A stretch of 61,991 nucleotides of DNA, counting the filler, from Gemmatimonadota bacterium (GTDB taxonomy: Bacteria; 4572-55; J002), in the NCBI GenBank assembly GCA_003697105.1. It is 6 parts of 6 records of this genome, joined end to end, with 100 filler letters (N's around TTAATTAATTAA, not from the genome) between each part and the next. Parts side by side here need not be neighbours in the genome. Positions count along the whole stretch, not along the records: positions 58,584 to 61,991 come from RFFQ01000117.1; 5 more parts are not named here. The stretch is one strand, 5' to 3'. A program made the position numbers and the translations under genes. Under the pieces are notes generated by a model. That model saw only the letters and a list, made by a program, of their open reading frames with translations, did no database searches and had not been told where the DNA came from. This document shows positions 59,947 to 61,991 of this stretch, piece after piece (the first letter of the stretch is position 1; each line of letters begins with the position of its first letter).

Positions 59947-59962
59947 TTGGCACTCTTTTCGC
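59947..59962 (+). promoter_or_regulatory. Sigma54 (-24/-12) promoter of the subtilase gene
   Basis: TTGGCACTCTTTTCGC, GG-N10-GC spacing. Confidence 0.7.
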
Positions 59963-60041
59963 CTTATGGGATATTTAGTTCACACGTTTTATTCCTTTTT
60001 CATTTACATTTTGTATCCCATTCGGGAAGAGGAGATATATC

Positions 60042-61256
60042 ATGACCTTTCGCAAACTTTCTCACTGGGTTGTTGCTGGTGTAGCGGTATTGTCCCTTGG
60101 GTTTTGGGGATGTAGCGATAATACGTTGGCTCCCCTGTCTAATGAGGATGTCGCCAGCCAACATGCTGTGGCGATCCACCAGCCGCAAAATGGTGATCCG
60201 ATTCCGGGTCAGTATATTGTGGTCATGAAGCCGGATCAAAAGACAGGTTCGTTGCGCGCGGCTGAAGTGGAAACCCACGCTCGTCATATTTTGGCGGATA
60301 ATGGCATTTCGGAATCCAAGTTGAATCGGGTATATAGTACGGCATTGCAAGGGTTTGTGGCAACCGGTTTGACGGTTGATCAAGCTGATGGTTTAGCCCG
60401 AGATGCCCGTGTCGATTATGTTGAACAAGATAAGTATATTATTTTGAAAAAGCCGAGTAACCCAGGTGGCGGTGGCGGTGGTGGTGGCGGTGGCCAAACC
60501 ACACCGTGGGGTATCACCCGTGTGGGGGGTCCGTCCACCAACTTTAGTGGTGATGCCTGGATTATTGATACCGGTATCGATCTGGATCACGGTGACTTAA
60601 ATGTGGATGTGAACCGGAGCTGGTCCGCGTTTACCAGCGGTCGTGATGCGACACCGGATGACCTAAACGGGCATGGAACTCATGTAGCCGGTACGGTCGC
60701 TGCGATCGATAACGAACAAGATGTTGTGGGAGTTGCTCCGGGAGCTACCGTGATTGCCGTTAAAGTGCTGAATCGCCGGGGAAGTGGTTCTACCTCTGGA
60801 GTGATTGCCGGTGTAGATTATGCGGCGGCGAATTTCAATACGGGTGACGTAGCAAATATGAGCTTAGGCGGTGGTGTTTCCACAGCACTTGATCAAGCAG
60901 TGATCAATGCGGCTCAAGCTGGGTTGAAGTTTGCTTTGGCGGCTGGTAATGAAGGCCAAGATGCAGACAATTCATCGCCGGGTCGCGCGAATCATGCCCG
61001 TATTTGGACGGTCTCCGCGATTGATAGCAATGATGGCTTTGCTTACTTCTCCAACTGGGGCAATCCGCCGGTAGATTTTGCCGCACCGGGCGTTAGCATC
61101 CTCTCTTTGGCAAAAGGCGGCGGTACCACGACCATGAGCGGTACTTCGATGGCAAGTCCGCATGTTTGCGGTCTGCTATTGCTGGGTAATATCAGTACAG
61201 ATGGGTATGCGGTCGGTGACCCGGATGGTAATCCAGACCCTATTGCGCATAACTAA
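60042..61256 (+). CDS. Subtilisin-family (S8) serine protease lipoprotein with I9 propeptide
   Basis: Lipobox FWG-C; IPGQYIV propeptide; poly-Gly linker; IDTG (Asp), HGTHVAG (His), GTSMASPH (Ser). Confidence 0.95.
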   Translation: MTFRKLSHWVVAGVAVLSLGFWGCSDNTLAPLSNEDVASQHAVAIHQPQNGDPIPGQYIVVMKPDQKTGSLRAAEVETHARHILADNGISESKLNRVYSTALQGFVATGLTVDQADGLARDARVDYVEQDKYIILKKPSNPGGGGGGGGGGQTTPWGITRVGGPSTNFSGDAWIIDTGIDLDHGDLNVDVNRSWSAFTSGRDATPDDLNGHGTHVAGTVAAIDNEQDVVGVAPGATVIAVKVLNRRGSGSTSGVIAGVDYAAANFNTGDVANMSLGGGVSTALDQAVINAAQAGLKFALAAGNEGQDADNSSPGRANHARIWTVSAIDSNDGFAYFSNWGNPPVDFAAPGVSILSLAKGGGTTTMSGTSMASPHVCGLLLLGNISTDGYAVGDPDGNPDPIAHN

Positions 61257-61283
61257 ACCCCCTTTTTACCGGACGGTTTTTCG

Positions 61284-61318
61284 CCCCTCTGAACATCATG
61301 TTCAGAGGGGGTTTTTTA
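61284..61318 (+). terminator. Intrinsic terminator
   Basis: CCCCTCTGAACA / TGTTCAGAGGGG followed by TTTTTT. Confidence 0.8.
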
Positions 61319-61517
61319 TGGATGATATGGCAACCGTTCGGATTTGCTTCCATATATCCGTATGTTAATTATAATTACACTCAATAATTTATTTATTATC
61401 AGTACCTTAAGGTTTTATCTGTTGGGTTATTGGGTTTATTATTCATTTGGGTTAATGATGTATCATGTCTTTATCTTACTGCAAATAAATGTGTTAGTTA
61501 TATTTTATTTTTGTAAC

Positions 61518-61535
61518 TGTAAAACTTATTTTACA
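61518..61535. promoter_or_regulatory. Palindromic candidate upstream activator site
   Basis: TGTAAAACTTATTTTACA about 85 nt upstream of a -24/-12-like promoter. Confidence 0.45.
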
Positions 61536-61618
61536 GAACCATTACTTCACTTTCGGTGGGGTTAGTAGCCTTAAATAAAAACAACTTTAACCTAATGATA
61601 AATAAGGTGTTATTTGTT

Positions 61619-61634
61619 TTGGCACATTCCTTGT
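61619..61634 (+). promoter_or_regulatory. Sigma54-like promoter of the metalloprotease gene
   Basis: TTGGCACATTCCTTGT: perfect -24 element, TTGT variant at -12. Confidence 0.55.
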
Positions 61635-61703
61635 TATGGTTCTATTCTACTAACGGTTAGTTCCTTATTTTTTAATCATTACGCTTTATTGGAGGTTTTT
61701 CCG

Positions 61704-61991
61704 ATGAAACACTTATTGATTTTCACCGCGTTACTAAGTTTGATTTTTTCCGGCAGTAGCTTTGCCCGAAATTGCGGCACGATGGATGTTCACGAGCATT
61801 TGCTCCAAACCGACCCCAAATATGCTGAAAATATCGAGCAGATCGAAGCCTTTACCGCCGCACGAATTGCTGAGCTGGAACGCACCGGTCACATGCGGGT
61901 TAATGGGGTGATTACGATACCGGTAAATGTGATAGTGGTTTATAGCAATTCCCAGCAAAATATCAGTGATGCTCAGATTCAATCGCAAATC
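61704..61991 (+). CDS. M43 (pappalysin/ulilysin-like) zinc metalloprotease, N-terminal part (runs off window)
   Basis: GGAGG RBS; MKHLLIFTALLSLIFSGSSFA-RNCGTM (Cys switch)...VITIPVNVIVVY...NISDAQIQSQI; not in the ORF track. Confidence 0.85.
   Translation, partial: MKHLLIFTALLSLIFSGSSFARNCGTMDVHEHLLQTDPKYAENIEQIEAFTAARIAELERTGHMRVNGVITIPVNVIVVYSNSQQNISDAQIQSQI

Noticed and set aside
61344-61565. 73-aa hydrophobic ORF
   Set aside because: Low-complexity translation of an AT-rich regulatory region, TTG start and no clear RBS.

Overview
Bacterial DNA that is not one contiguous locus. Five identical 100-nt linkers (44 N + TTAATTAATTAA + 44 N) join six assembly pieces, so gene adjacency means something only within a piece. 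Sigma70-type promoters, Shine-Dalgarno sites, FlgD-Ig/T9SS-like C-termini, a PorZ-like propeller and a C-terminal 'SWGKIK' tail suggest a non-Bacteroidota FCB-superphylum lineage (inference). Contents in order: a truncated, GC-rich type I restriction hsdR missed by the ORF track; a ~1800-aa exported TPR-CHAT protease; a sigma54 activator, tadA, three tRNAs and panC; the core run yidC-jag-ispD-ispF-glgC-ribF-pilB-pilT-pilC-cysS; a methyltransferase/GT2/SRPBCC-CpcT-fusion cluster; dapB, yhhQ, a MITE and a sulfotransferase pseudogene with an IS fragment; BamA-like, NtrX-like and TPR genes; atuA-like genes, tRNA-Val, and two secreted proteases behind sigma54 promoters. Most interesting: (1) a full-length ProRS paralog with a consensus promoter, an eroded aminoacylation site and intact editing and anticodon-binding domains, a candidate tRNA-Pro trans-editing pseudo-synthetase; (2) an unannotated UshA-like selenoprotein (C-G-U at an in-frame TGA with a SECIS-like hairpin) that lacks phosphoesterase metal ligands; (3) an SRPBCC-CpcT/CpeT fusion; (4) the exported TPR-CHAT protease; (5) a probable local sigma54 protease regulon.
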